Part shown: positions 8,310-16,246 of the stretch, one piece after another
Layout of the letters: each line of letters opens with the position of its first letter
Numbering within the stretch: position 1 is the stretch's first letter
NCBI GenBank assembly: GCA_041571435.1
Contig: JBFFUI010000042.1
Coordinates: forward strand, 1-16,986
DNA length: 16,986 nucleotides
From: Sulfurimonadaceae bacterium
Lineage (GTDB): Bacteria > Campylobacterota > Campylobacteria > Campylobacterales > Sulfurimonadaceae
Direction of reading: 5' to 3'
Translations under genes and position numbers: made by a program
The notes under the pieces: generated by a model
Seen by the model: only the letters and a program-made list of their open reading frames with translations
The model's database searches: none
What the model was told of the DNA's origin: nothing

Positions 8310-10858
8310 TATGCCAGGATCTCTTTCACGTAACTTAACGCTTTCTCTTTTGCCTCAGGCAGTTTAGAGGCATCTTTTCCGCCCGCCTGCGCAAAGTCCG
8401 GACGTCCGCCGCCACCGCCGCCGAGTATCGGTGCGATGTTCTTGATCCAGTCGCCGGCTTTGACAGTAGCATCTTTAACACCTGCCGCAAGGATGACCTT
8501 GTCACCTTTGACCTGGAAAAGCATCGCAACGACCTTTTCATGCGCATTTTTGATCTCGTCGATGCGTGTTTTGACATCACCGCTTTTGATCTCTTCAATG
8601 ATCACGGCGACCCCGGTGATCTCTTCAGCGGACAGTTCCTCTTTAGAGGCCGCCATCGCCTCCTGGACTTCTTCTTTTAGTGTCTTGATCTGTTCTTTGA
8701 GCTTGTTGACACCCAAAAGTACATCACGGTTTTTGACCTCTTCCGCAACGTTGTTAAGCGTATGTCGCTGCTCTTTGAAAAGGTTATAGGCTGCATTGCC
8801 GCAAACCGCTTCAATACGGCGTACACCGGCAGAAACACCCGACTCTTTGGTGATAACAAAGGTACCGATGACCGCAGTGTTGTCAACGTGCGTTCCGCCG
8901 CAAAGCTCGACAGAAGCGTCACCGAAACTGACCACACGAACGTTATCGCCGTATTTTTCACCAAACTGTGCTTTGGCACCGCTGTTCTTCGCCTCATCGA
9001 TGCTCATCTCTTTGGTCTGCCCAGCGATACCGCGTAGGATCTCGTAGTTGACCTGCTCTTCAACAGCTGCGATCTCTTCTGCGGTCATCGCTTTAGGGTG
9101 GGAGAAGTCAAAACGCAGACGTTTGTCATCGTTAAGTGATCCCGCCTGGGAGATGTGATCACCCAGCACATCATAAAGTGCTGCATGCAGAAGGTGCGTT
9201 GCCGAGTGGTGCTTTTCGATCTCCAAACGGCTGATATCGACAACCGCTTTGATGGTATCGCCTGCAGTGATCGTCTCTTTTACCTCAACATGTGAAAGGT
9301 TGAGATCAAAGAACTTGCGCGTATCGGTTACCGTTGCATACCCCTCGATCACACCTCGGTCACCGACCTGTCCGCCGCTCTCTGCATAAAACGGTGTATT
9401 CTCAAGCAGTATCCAGCCGGTATGTGTCGCGTGCAGCGCATCAACGATCTTAAAGTCTTCACTTAAGAGTGCCAACACTTTTGTTTCGTTACTTCCGCCT
9501 TCGTAACCGACGAACGCGTTTTTACCGAACTTCTCAAGCAGTGCTTTAAAGTCACCCTCGTTTGCCGCGTCACCGCTCCCTTTCCATGCCGCTTTTGCAC
9601 GTTCGCGCTGCTCTTTCATAAGGGCATCAAACGTTGCGGTGTCAAGCTTGAGGTTTTTCTCTTTGAGCATATCTTCGGTAAGGTCCAGAGGGAACCCGAA
9701 TGTATCGTAAAGTTTGAAAGCGACTTCGCCGCTGAAGACATCCTTGGTCGTTTTCAACTCTTCGTTAAACAGCTCTATCCCCGAAGCGATCGTTTTGAAG
9801 AAACGCTCCTCTTCAAGCTGGATCTGTGTCTTGACCGCTTCCGCTTTTGTCTCCAAATACGGGTAGACCTCTTTCATCTGTGCGACAAGGATATCCACGA
9901 TCTTGTACATAAAGGCTTCGTGCAGACCCAGAAGGTATCCATGACGAACCGCACGGCGCAGAATTCGGCGAAGGACGTAACCGCGCCCTTCGTTCGAGAA
10001 GTTCACATCTTGTGCAAGCAGGAAAACGGCCGTTCGGATATGGTCCGCAATGACACGGTACGAAGCGCCTGTTTCATACGCATATTTCCTGCCTGTAAGT
10101 TCTTCGACCTTATTGATCATCGGCATAAAGAGAGAGGTGTCATAATTGCTCAAAGCACCTTCTTTAACCGCGATAACACGTTCAAGCCCCATACCGGTGT
10201 CGATTGACGGCTTCGGCAGCGGTGTCAGTGTACCGTCTTTCGAACGTTCATACTGCATAAAGACCAGGTTCCAGATCTCCAAGAAACGGTCACCATCGCC
10301 GCCCATATAGTCTTCGGGACCGCTGAAGTTCTCTGCACCCTGATCAAAAAAGATCTCTGAGCAGGGACCGCACGGGCCTGTGTCACCCATCTGCCAGAAG
10401 TTGTCTTTGTCGCCGAGACGCATAATACGGTCTGCCGCCACATATTTTTTCCAGATCGCTTCTGCTTCATCATCACTGTCATGTACGGTTACCCACAGTT
10501 TTTCGACCGGCAGTTCTAGCACTTCTGTGATGAACTCCCAGGCATACGCAATAGCCTCTTCTTTAAAATAGTCGCCAAACGAGAAGTTGCCGAGCATCTC
10601 AAAAAAGGTGTGGTGACGGGCAGTGTGACCGACGTTTTCAAGGTCGTTGTGTTTACCGCCCGCACGAAGACAAGTCTGGCACGATGTTGCACGCGGATTC
10701 TCTGGTACCGGGATCTCGCCTGTAAAAATCGACTTGAACGGAACCATTCCCGCATTGTTGAACAACAGTGTTGCATCGTCCGGTACAAGTGGTGCACTTG
10801 CCACTTTGGCGTGCCCTTTTGACTCAAAATAATCTAAAAATGCTTTTCTAACATCCAT
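8309..10858 (-). CDS. alaS: Alanine--tRNA ligase
   Basis: Motifs [36 protein letters not shown] and DTGMGLER. Editing-domain HSATHLLH and ELCGGTH. C-terminal [14 protein letters not shown]. Confidence 0.99.
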   Translation of the reverse strand: MDVRKAFLDYFESKGHAKVASAPLVPDDATLLFNNAGMVPFKSIFTGEIPVPENPRATSCQTCLRAGGKHNDLENVGHTARHHTFFEMLGNFSFGDYFKEEAIAYAWEFITEVLELPVEKLWVTVHDSDDEAEAIWKKYVAADRIMRLGDKDNFWQMGDTGPCGPCSEIFFDQGAENFSGPEDYMGGDGDRFLEIWNLVFMQYERSKDGTLTPLPKPSIDTGMGLERVIAVKEGALSNYDTSLFMPMINKVEELTGRKYAYETGASYRVIADHIRTAVFLLAQDVNFSNEGRGYVLRRILRRAVRHGYLLGLHEAFMYKIVDILVAQMKEVYPYLETKAEAVKTQIQLEEERFFKTIASGIELFNEELKTTKDVFSGEVAFKLYDTFGFPLDLTEDMLKEKNLKLDTATFDALMKEQRERAKAAWKGSGDAANEGDFKALLEKFGKNAFVGYEGGSNETKVLALLSEDFKIVDALHATHTGWILLENTPFYAESGGQVGDRGVIEGYATVTDTRKFFDLNLSHVEVKETITAGDTIKAVVDISRLEIEKHHSATHLLHAALYDVLGDHISQAGSLNDDKRLRFDFSHPKAMTAEEIAAVEEQVNYEILRGIAGQTKEMSIDEAKNSGAKAQFGEKYGDNVRVVSFGDASVELCGGTHVDNTAVIGTFVITKESGVSAGVRRIEAVCGNAAYNLFKEQRHTLNNVAEEVKNRDVLLGVNKLKEQIKTLKEEVQEAMAASKEELSAEEITGVAVIIEEIKSGDVKTRIDEIKNAHEKVVAMLFQVKGDKVILAAGVKDATVKAGDWIKNIAPILGGGGGGRPDFAQAGGKDASKLPEAKEKALSYVKEILA

Positions 10859-10903
10859 GTTTCTGTCTTTGAAAGCCCATCTTGGGGCCTGATTTAATAC
10901 GCG

Positions 10904-10909
10904 ATTATA
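10904..10909 (-). promoter_or_regulatory. Candidate sigma70 -10 of alaS
   Basis: TTGGA-TATAAT-CGCG on the minus strand about 45 nt before the ATG, with T-tracts upstream. Confidence 0.6.
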
Positions 10910-11030
10910 TCCAAGAGGACGTTAAATAATAATGAGATAAAAATTTCTTAAAAGTAATGGCATTAAAACGGTGTAAAAATCGTTAAAAATTCCAGACTTT
11001 GCATATATCATGTTGAAGCTGAGAGGTAAA

Positions 11031-11654
11031 CTAGCAGTTACGTTCCCAGTTAAATACAAACTCGTTGATGGTGATACTCGGTACCTTCATTCTCGCCGCT
11101 TTGGCAATATAGACAAGCATATCAGCCGCTTCATCAAGGTCGTCATTAACGACCAGATAGTCGTATTCACTGATGCGCTGAACCTCGCGTTTTGCCATCT
11201 CGATACGACCATCGATGATCTCCTGGGCATCGGTTCCACGAGCATTTAGACGTTTTTTAAGCTCACTGAGCGTCGGTGTGGTTATAAAGACCGATGTCGT
11301 GATGTCTGCAAGCCGTTTCTGCACGGCATCATGCCCTTGGACATCGATATCAAAGATGACAAGTTTGCCCTCTTTTAGTGCCTGTTTAACAGGTTTTAGA
11401 GAGGTCCCATAGTAGTTTCCGTGTACACGTGCATACTCTAAAAAGTTCTCTTCTTCAATATCTTTTTCGAACTGCTCTTTTGTGACAAAGTGGTAATGGA
11501 CGCCCTCTGTTTCACCCTCTCGTATCGGACGTGTTGTCGTAGAGATGGAAAAATAATACGAACCGATCTGCTCTTCGATCTTTTTGATCAGCGAACTTTT
11601 ACCGGCGCCGCTTGGACCCGATAAGACAAGAACCGCACCTGTGTCATGATTCAT
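11031..11654 (-). CDS. gmk: Guanylate kinase
   Basis: Motifs LSGPSGAGKS, SISTTTRPIREGE, YHFV, GNYYGT, DIDVQG and YDYLVVNDD. Confidence 0.98.
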   Translation of the reverse strand: MNHDTGAVLVLSGPSGAGKSSLIKKIEEQIGSYYFSISTTTRPIREGETEGVHYHFVTKEQFEKDIEEENFLEYARVHGNYYGTSLKPVKQALKEGKLVIFDIDVQGHDAVQKRLADITTSVFITTPTLSELKKRLNARGTDAQEIIDGRIEMAKREVQRISEYDYLVVNDDLDEAADMLVYIAKAARMKVPSITINEFVFNWERNC

Positions 11655-12562
11655 TAATCTTCTCCAAATGTTAGGTTGATCGTGATCGTTCCGCGCAATG
11701 ATTTGGCCAGTTGCGGATTTTCCAAAGCTTTGACAAGTGTGCGAAGTGTCTCGATGGACTCCTGATTCTGCTTGCTTGGCGTCTGAACTTCCCGTGGTTC
11801 ATCCCAGGAGAGATCATCTGTCGAAATGTCGTCCAGCTGCAGTAATACATCTTCATCCATATCCAAAGCAAGATCATCCTCACTGAGGTTTCGAAGTGCT
11901 TTTTCGAGTTCAAGATCGATATCGTGTGCCGGTTCACTTACCTGGACCGGTTCCTCAACGGTACTCTCCTCTGCTTCATCCTCACTGCTTAATGCATCCA
12001 GAATCGCTTTGACCTCAGTCACATCCTCTTGCGAAAAGATATTTTCCAGCACCTCTTCTTCGGTCGCTTCATCCGCGGTAATCTCTTCCAACGTCTCTTC
12101 AATGATCTGCTCAAACTCCTGGACTCGATCCAGAGCGTCCTGTTCATACTCATCTTCACCGCCGATAATCTCGTCTTCACTGAAAAAACTGTTTTCAAAA
12201 TCATCAAACACGATCTCTTTGGACGATGCTTCTTGCTCCTCTTTCACACGTGATGCAAATTGGTGCAGCATCAACAGCAGCTCAGTCGGTAAAAAAGGTT
12301 TATACAGCTGTTTTTCAAAAAAAGCTGTCTCACCGCTCTCACGCGTCGTAATAAAGATCGAGTGCGCGTAGATAACCTTGTCATTTATCCGCTCCAAAAA
12401 CTCTGGACTGTAGAGATCTCCATCCAGGATCAGAAGGTCATAATTCTCATCTCGGATCTCCTCTATTGAAGAAGCGGTATCCAGCCTGTCACCCGTTTTT
12501 TGGACACTCAACGTCACCAGTTTAGCGACAGCAGCATCATTATTGACAAGTAGAATATTCAT
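11654..12562 (-). CDS. ChePep-like highly acidic protein with an N-terminal atypical receiver domain (alternative start at 12589)
   Basis: Receiver-like N-terminus MNILLVNND...YDLLILD...IFITT...KPFLPTE, a long Asp/Glu-rich middle, and C-terminal ITINLTF. It overlaps gmk (TAATG), the position of H. pylori ChePep (HP0322) and C. jejuni Cj1178c. Confidence 0.8.
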   Translation of the reverse strand: MNILLVNNDAAVAKLVTLSVQKTGDRLDTASSIEEIRDENYDLLILDGDLYSPEFLERINDKVIYAHSIFITTRESGETAFFEKQLYKPFLPTELLLMLHQFASRVKEEQEASSKEIVFDDFENSFFSEDEIIGGEDEYEQDALDRVQEFEQIIEETLEEITADEATEEEVLENIFSQEDVTEVKAILDALSSEDEAEESTVEEPVQVSEPAHDIDLELEKALRNLSEDDLALDMDEDVLLQLDDISTDDLSWDEPREVQTPSKQNQESIETLRTLVKALENPQLAKSLRGTITINLTFGED

Positions 12563-12598
12563 CGAGAACAGCCTTTTTGGGCAGCACATGCCGCCCTT

Positions 12599-12607
12599 TG
12601 ATATAAT
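12599..12607 (+). promoter_or_regulatory. Extended -10 promoter (TGATATAAT) for the NucT-like gene
   Basis: Perfect TGnTATAAT. Predicted TSS about 12614, giving a leader of about 100 nt. Confidence 0.6.
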
Positions 12608-12613
12608 GGTATT

Positions 12614-12622
12614 ATTGTAACA
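12614..12622 (-). promoter_or_regulatory. Extended -10 promoter (TGTTACAAT) for chePep-like/gmk
   Basis: TGnTACAAT on the minus strand. Predicted TSS about 12607. Confidence 0.55.
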
Positions 12623-12717
12623 AAAGATTACTTGAGACCTCTACAGACCTGACATTCTCAGCATGTTTTACACAAGTTGGGTCATCGGTTCTATTGTGAT
12701 CTCAAAAAAGATAGAAA

Positions 12718-13215
12718 ATGACGCAGCTTTTTTCAATAGTACTGGGTATAGCCCTTCTTTCTCTGTCGCTTAATGCCAACGAACACTACCTCCTGCCCGA
12801 GCATCAAAGTGACCTTATGCACACACTAAAACGTAAAATAGCGCGGGCTGAAAACATCACCATCATCACCAGTGGATTGTCAAATCCCTCCCTTGCAAAA
12901 AGTATTGAAAAAGCCTTAACAGACGGGGCGACTTTTCATCTCATCACACCTGACCTTGACACCGCTGCCTACTATGCGAAATACAAAAACACCACCGTCA
13001 AAGTCCCTGTTTCCAACCGTGTTACCGAACAGTTTCATCTTAATGTATTATCGATCGATGGAAGTGATGTCTGTATTTCTACGCTTGCATTTGATACGGC
13101 TGTCTTGACAAAACGTATAGGCGAGGTCATCTGTACGACAAGCCGCGAAGAGATCGCTTTCGCAAAAGAGATCGAACAGCGTTTCAATGAACGGTTCGAA
13201 GATTATGATCAATAA
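12718..13215 (+). CDS. Exported NucT/Nuc-like phospholipase D-fold protein with a degenerate HKD motif
   Basis: Signal peptide ending LSLNA. Segments YLLPEHQSD, AENITI, SLAKSIEKA..G, YYAKYKNT and FHLNVLSIDG align by eye with the single-domain PLD nuclease layout. Adjacent to chePep-like/gmk, as nucT is in H. pylori. Confidence 0.72.
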   Translation: MTQLFSIVLGIALLSLSLNANEHYLLPEHQSDLMHTLKRKIARAENITIITSGLSNPSLAKSIEKALTDGATFHLITPDLDTAAYYAKYKNTTVKVPVSNRVTEQFHLNVLSIDGSDVCISTLAFDTAVLTKRIGEVICTTSREEIAFAKEIEQRFNERFEDYDQ

Positions 13216-13259
13216 TTGACGATTCAGATATGAGATTGCGAGCCAGCTATCTCGTCGCT

Positions 13260-13904
13260 CTATTTGACCGGTATCAACCTACGCTCTTCAAGACGGTATA
13301 CCCTGTTGCATCGGTGAGCAAACTCTTCATTATGTGTTACCAGAACCAGTGCCGATTTATGCTCTTGGACATACTCTTCAAAGATCTTCATCACCTCCAG
13401 GGAGGTGCGGTTATCCAGATTACCCGTCGGTTCATCTGCAAAGATAATACGCGGTTTTTTGGTCAAGACCCTTGCAATGGAGATACGCTGCTGCTGACCG
13501 CCGGAGAGTTGTGTCACTTTCATGTTGATCACATCATGCAGACCAAGCCGTTCTATCAGCTTCGTGTCCACGGGCTCTGAAGCAAGAATTGAGGCGACTT
13601 CAAGATTTTCATAGGCGCTGAAACCTTTAAAAAGATAGTGTGATTGAAAGATCAGTCCCAACTCGTGACGTCGAAGTGCCACAAGTTCACTGTTTTTCAT
13701 GCTGTAGATATCTCTATCGAACAGTTTTATCATACCCTGATCCGGCTGCAGCAGCGTTGACAAGGTATGTAAAAGTGTCGACTTTCCGCTGCCGCTTTCG
13801 CCAATGATCGCTACCGTCTCGCCGGGTTCGATAGAGAGATCGACGTCATTGAAAAGTGGATACTCAAACTTATGCGAAAGGGAATTTGCTTCTAATATTT
13901 TCAT
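13260..13904 (-). CDS. ABC transporter ATP-binding protein, LolD/MacB-type
   Basis: Motifs GESGSGKS, LGLIFQ, LSGGQQQR, IFADEPTGNLD and LVTHN. Follows tsf, as Cj1180c does in C. jejuni. Confidence 0.9.
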   Translation of the reverse strand: MKILEANSLSHKFEYPLFNDVDLSIEPGETVAIIGESGSGKSTLLHTLSTLLQPDQGMIKLFDRDIYSMKNSELVALRRHELGLIFQSHYLFKGFSAYENLEVASILASEPVDTKLIERLGLHDVINMKVTQLSGGQQQRISIARVLTKKPRIIFADEPTGNLDNRTSLEVMKIFEEYVQEHKSALVLVTHNEEFAHRCNRVYRLEERRLIPVK

Positions 13905-13910
13905 GGGGAT

Positions 13911-13916
13911 ATTATA
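13911..13916 (-). promoter_or_regulatory. -10 element placing the TSS at the ABC ATPase start codon (leaderless candidate)
   Basis: TATAAT-ATCCCC-ATG with no Shine-Dalgarno sequence. Confidence 0.6.
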
Positions 13917-13964
13917 ATCAGATAGAGTTAAAATCGGGATTTTGTATCAAGGGATAAAGCGTTG

Positions 13965-13988
13965 TGTCAAGAGCCGAAGCTCTCAACA
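13965..13988 (-). terminator. Stable hairpin 3' of tsf (terminator or mRNA-stabilising stem)
   Basis: TGTTGAGAGC-TTCG-GCTCTTGACA forms 10 bp including 2 GU pairs with a C(UUCG)G tetraloop. No immediate U-tract. Confidence 0.55.
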
Positions 13989-14005
13989 GAAAGAAAGAGA
14001 GGCTG

Positions 14006-15070
14006 TTATGCCATTTGCGCTGCAACTTCAGCAGCAAAGTCTTCGACTTTTTTCTCAATACCTTCACCCACTTCTAGGCGAACAAATGCAGTGACTTCAG
14101 CCGTACCGCCAGCTGCTTTACCAGCAGCCGCAACAGCTTCAGCAACCGTCATCTTGTCATCAAGAACGTAGTTCTGATCAAGAAGAGCCTGCTCTTTGTC
14201 AAGTGTCGAGTTATCCTGGATAAAACGCGCCAGTTGACCAGGAACGATTTTGTCCCAGATCTGCTCAGGTTTACCCTGCTCTTTCAGTGTCGCTTTGATG
14301 TCCGCTTCAGCCTGCGCCAAAACATCGTCAGTCAATTGACACATAGAGATGTAAGTAGGAACGTTAAGAAGAGGTTTCTTCATACGTGCACGCTCTTCAT
14401 TCTCTTTCTTGATCGCTTCAATACGGCCAGCTGTTTCAGCGGCAACGAAATCTGCATCAAAATCTTTGTACGAAAGTGTTGTCGGTTTCATCGCAGATGC
14501 ATGCATTGCAACTTGCTTTGCTACCGGAACCATTGCCTCAGCCGTTTTAGCAGAGTCACACTCGATCGCTACGATAACACCGATACGTGTGTTTGAGTGA
14601 ATATAACCGTTAACAGCGACGTTTTCGTTACCGCTCAACGCAGCGATACGGCGTACTTCGATCTTCTCACCGATCTTTGCAACCGTCTCGTCAAAATAAG
14701 CGCTGAACGCTTTACCTTCAAGTTCTGTTTCACGTAGCGCTTCAGTCGTCTCGGCATTTGTTTCAAACGCTTGTGCAACTGTTTTAGAGACAAGGTCTTT
14801 GAACCCGTCGTTTTGTGCAACGAAGTCTGTCTCAGAGTTTACCTCTACAAGCGTCGCACGCTTGAAATCCGGAGAGATTTTAAGACCGATAGAACCTTCA
14901 GCGGCAATACGATCAGCTTTTTTAGCAGACTGTGCAACACCACGTTCACGGAGCCATGCTTGTGCTTTCTCCATGTCACCGTCGTTTTCAGTCAACGCTT
15001 TTTTACAATCCATCATCGGTGCATCAGTTGCTTGGCGCAACTCTTTTACCATTGCTGCTGTAATTGCCAT
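14006..15070 (-). CDS. tsf: Translation elongation factor Ts
   Basis: Motifs [36 protein letters not shown] and DFAAEVAAQ. Starts 2 nt after the rpsB stop. Confidence 0.99.
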   Translation of the reverse strand: MAITAAMVKELRQATDAPMMDCKKALTENDGDMEKAQAWLRERGVAQSAKKADRIAAEGSIGLKISPDFKRATLVEVNSETDFVAQNDGFKDLVSKTVAQAFETNAETTEALRETELEGKAFSAYFDETVAKIGEKIEVRRIAALSGNENVAVNGYIHSNTRIGVIVAIECDSAKTAEAMVPVAKQVAMHASAMKPTTLSYKDFDADFVAAETAGRIEAIKKENEERARMKKPLLNVPTYISMCQLTDDVLAQAEADIKATLKEQGKPEQIWDKIVPGQLARFIQDNSTLDKEQALLDQNYVLDDKMTVAEAVAAAGKAAGGTAEVTAFVRLEVGEGIEKKVEDFAAEVAAQMA

Positions 15071-15072
15071 GA

Positions 15073-15843
15073 CTACGCCTCTTCTGTCTCAGTAGCTTCA
15101 GAAGCTTCTTCAGCCGCTGCTTCTACTTCTGCCGGCATCTCTTCTTCACTTGCTGCATTATCAGCGTTAAGTGCTTTACCTTCGTTGATAGCTGCAGTCA
15201 TCTCGCGGCAGAAAAGTTGAATAGAACGGATTGCATCATCATTACCCGGGATTGGATAAGTGATAAGATCTGGATCACAGTTAGTATCAAGTGGTGCTAC
15301 AACCGGGATGTTAAGACAACGTGCTTCATTAACAGCGATGTGCTCTTTAACCGCATCAACAACGAAAAGCATATCTGGAAGCTCTTTCATGTGACGGATA
15401 CCACCAAGGTACTGCTCAAGTTTTTCAGCTTGACGCGTCATCATCAGTTGCTCTTTCTTAGTAAGAAGCTCCATCTGACCGTTCTCTTTCATCTGCTCGA
15501 TGATGTCAAGTTTACGGATAGACTTCTGGATTGTCGGGAAGTTAGTCAACATTCCACCCAACCAGCGGTTATCAACGTATGGCATACCACATTTGATCGC
15601 TGCCTCTTTTACAGAATTACGTGCCTGCTTCTTTGTACCGACGAAAAGAACAGTTTGCCCTTCAGCTGCTGCGTCTACAACGATCTGGTATGTGTTACGG
15701 AAGTAACGAAGTGTCTTCTGAAGATCAATAATATAGATGTTTTTACGAACACCGAAGATGTATTTTTTCATTTTCGGATTCCAACGACGTGTTTGGTGTC
15801 CGAAGTGTACACCACATTCCAATAGGTCTTTCATAGTTACCAT
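15073..15843 (-). CDS. rpsB: 30S ribosomal protein S2
   Basis: Motifs [31 protein letters not shown] and PGNDDAIRS. Confidence 0.99.
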   Translation of the reverse strand: MVTMKDLLECGVHFGHQTRRWNPKMKKYIFGVRKNIYIIDLQKTLRYFRNTYQIVVDAAAEGQTVLFVGTKKQARNSVKEAAIKCGMPYVDNRWLGGMLTNFPTIQKSIRKLDIIEQMKENGQMELLTKKEQLMMTRQAEKLEQYLGGIRHMKELPDMLFVVDAVKEHIAVNEARCLNIPVVAPLDTNCDPDLITYPIPGNDDAIRSIQLFCREMTAAINEGKALNADNAASEEEMPAEVEAAAEEASEATETEEA

Positions 15844-15990
15844 TTAAGGTCCTTTGATAGCGTATAATAACGCTAGATTTTCACCGGTTTGCTTCAGTAT
15901 CGCCAGCTTCGCACTCTATTATTTCAGAGGGCGTCACACCGATTTTTTGGCATGATACTTGTTTTGTTTTCAACTCTTTAAGAGAGAAAT
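15844..15990 (-). ncRNA. rpsB 5' leader (S2 autoregulatory / t44-like cis-element)
   Basis: Leader of about 150 nt. Helix GTATC..GCCA / TGGC-GATAC encloses CGC-CTCT / AGAG-TGCG and is followed by GAAGCAAACCGG. A 6-bp hairpin TAGCGT/ACGCTA (15858-15875) lies just before SD AAAGGA. Confidence 0.6.
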
Positions 15991-15997
15991 CGCGCGA

Positions 15998-16006
15998 ATT
16001 ATACCA
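15998..16006 (-). promoter_or_regulatory. Extended -10 promoter of rpsB-tsf with a GC-rich discriminator
   Basis: TGGTATAAT-TCGCGCG matches the known rpsB promoter architecture (extended -10 plus GC-rich discriminator). Confidence 0.8.
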
Positions 16007-16101
16007 AAAACTTTTTAAATTGCCGCTGCGATCTGTCATCCACTTCAACTTTCTCGACACTGCTCATCTCTAAAACTTCACATTCTTGCTTATAGACTCT
16101 G

Positions 16102-16107
16102 TATAAT
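16102..16107 (+). promoter_or_regulatory. Candidate sigma70 -10 for the DUF3373-like gene
   Basis: CTG-TATAAT, about 140 nt upstream of the ATG at 16247. Confidence 0.45.
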
Positions 16108-16246
16108 ACTGTGCGATTATGCCCATTTTAAAAACAAATGAACGGTAAATGGACAATTTCCGGGGTAATTAAAACTACTTTTATATTACTTTTGTTAATC
16201 TTACCGCAGTTCAGGCCCAACCGCCTATATTATTGGAGTATCGAAA

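Noticed and set aside
11826..12371. 181-aa Ser-rich plus-strand ORF
   Set aside because: The Ser runs are the reverse complement of the GAA/GAG/GAT codons of the acidic ChePep-like gene.
12563..12589. N-terminal extension MCCPKRLFS on the ChePep-like protein
   Set aside because: Receiver domains typically begin M-x-I-L-L-V, and the ATG at 12562 has its own AAGG upstream. The longer start cannot be fully excluded.
13216..13259. Possible bidirectional terminator between the convergent NucT-like and ABC genes
   Set aside because: Only short imperfect stems (GAGAT/ATCTC) and no U-tract on either strand, so too weak to call.
15217..15825. 202-aa plus-strand ORF
   Set aside because: Antisense shadow of the strongly codon-biased rpsB, with no recognisable motifs.
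15948..15962. Sigma54-like TGGCATGATACTTGT on the + strand
   Set aside because: The -12 dinucleotide is GT, not GC, and the sequence is explained as the complement of an rpsB leader helix.
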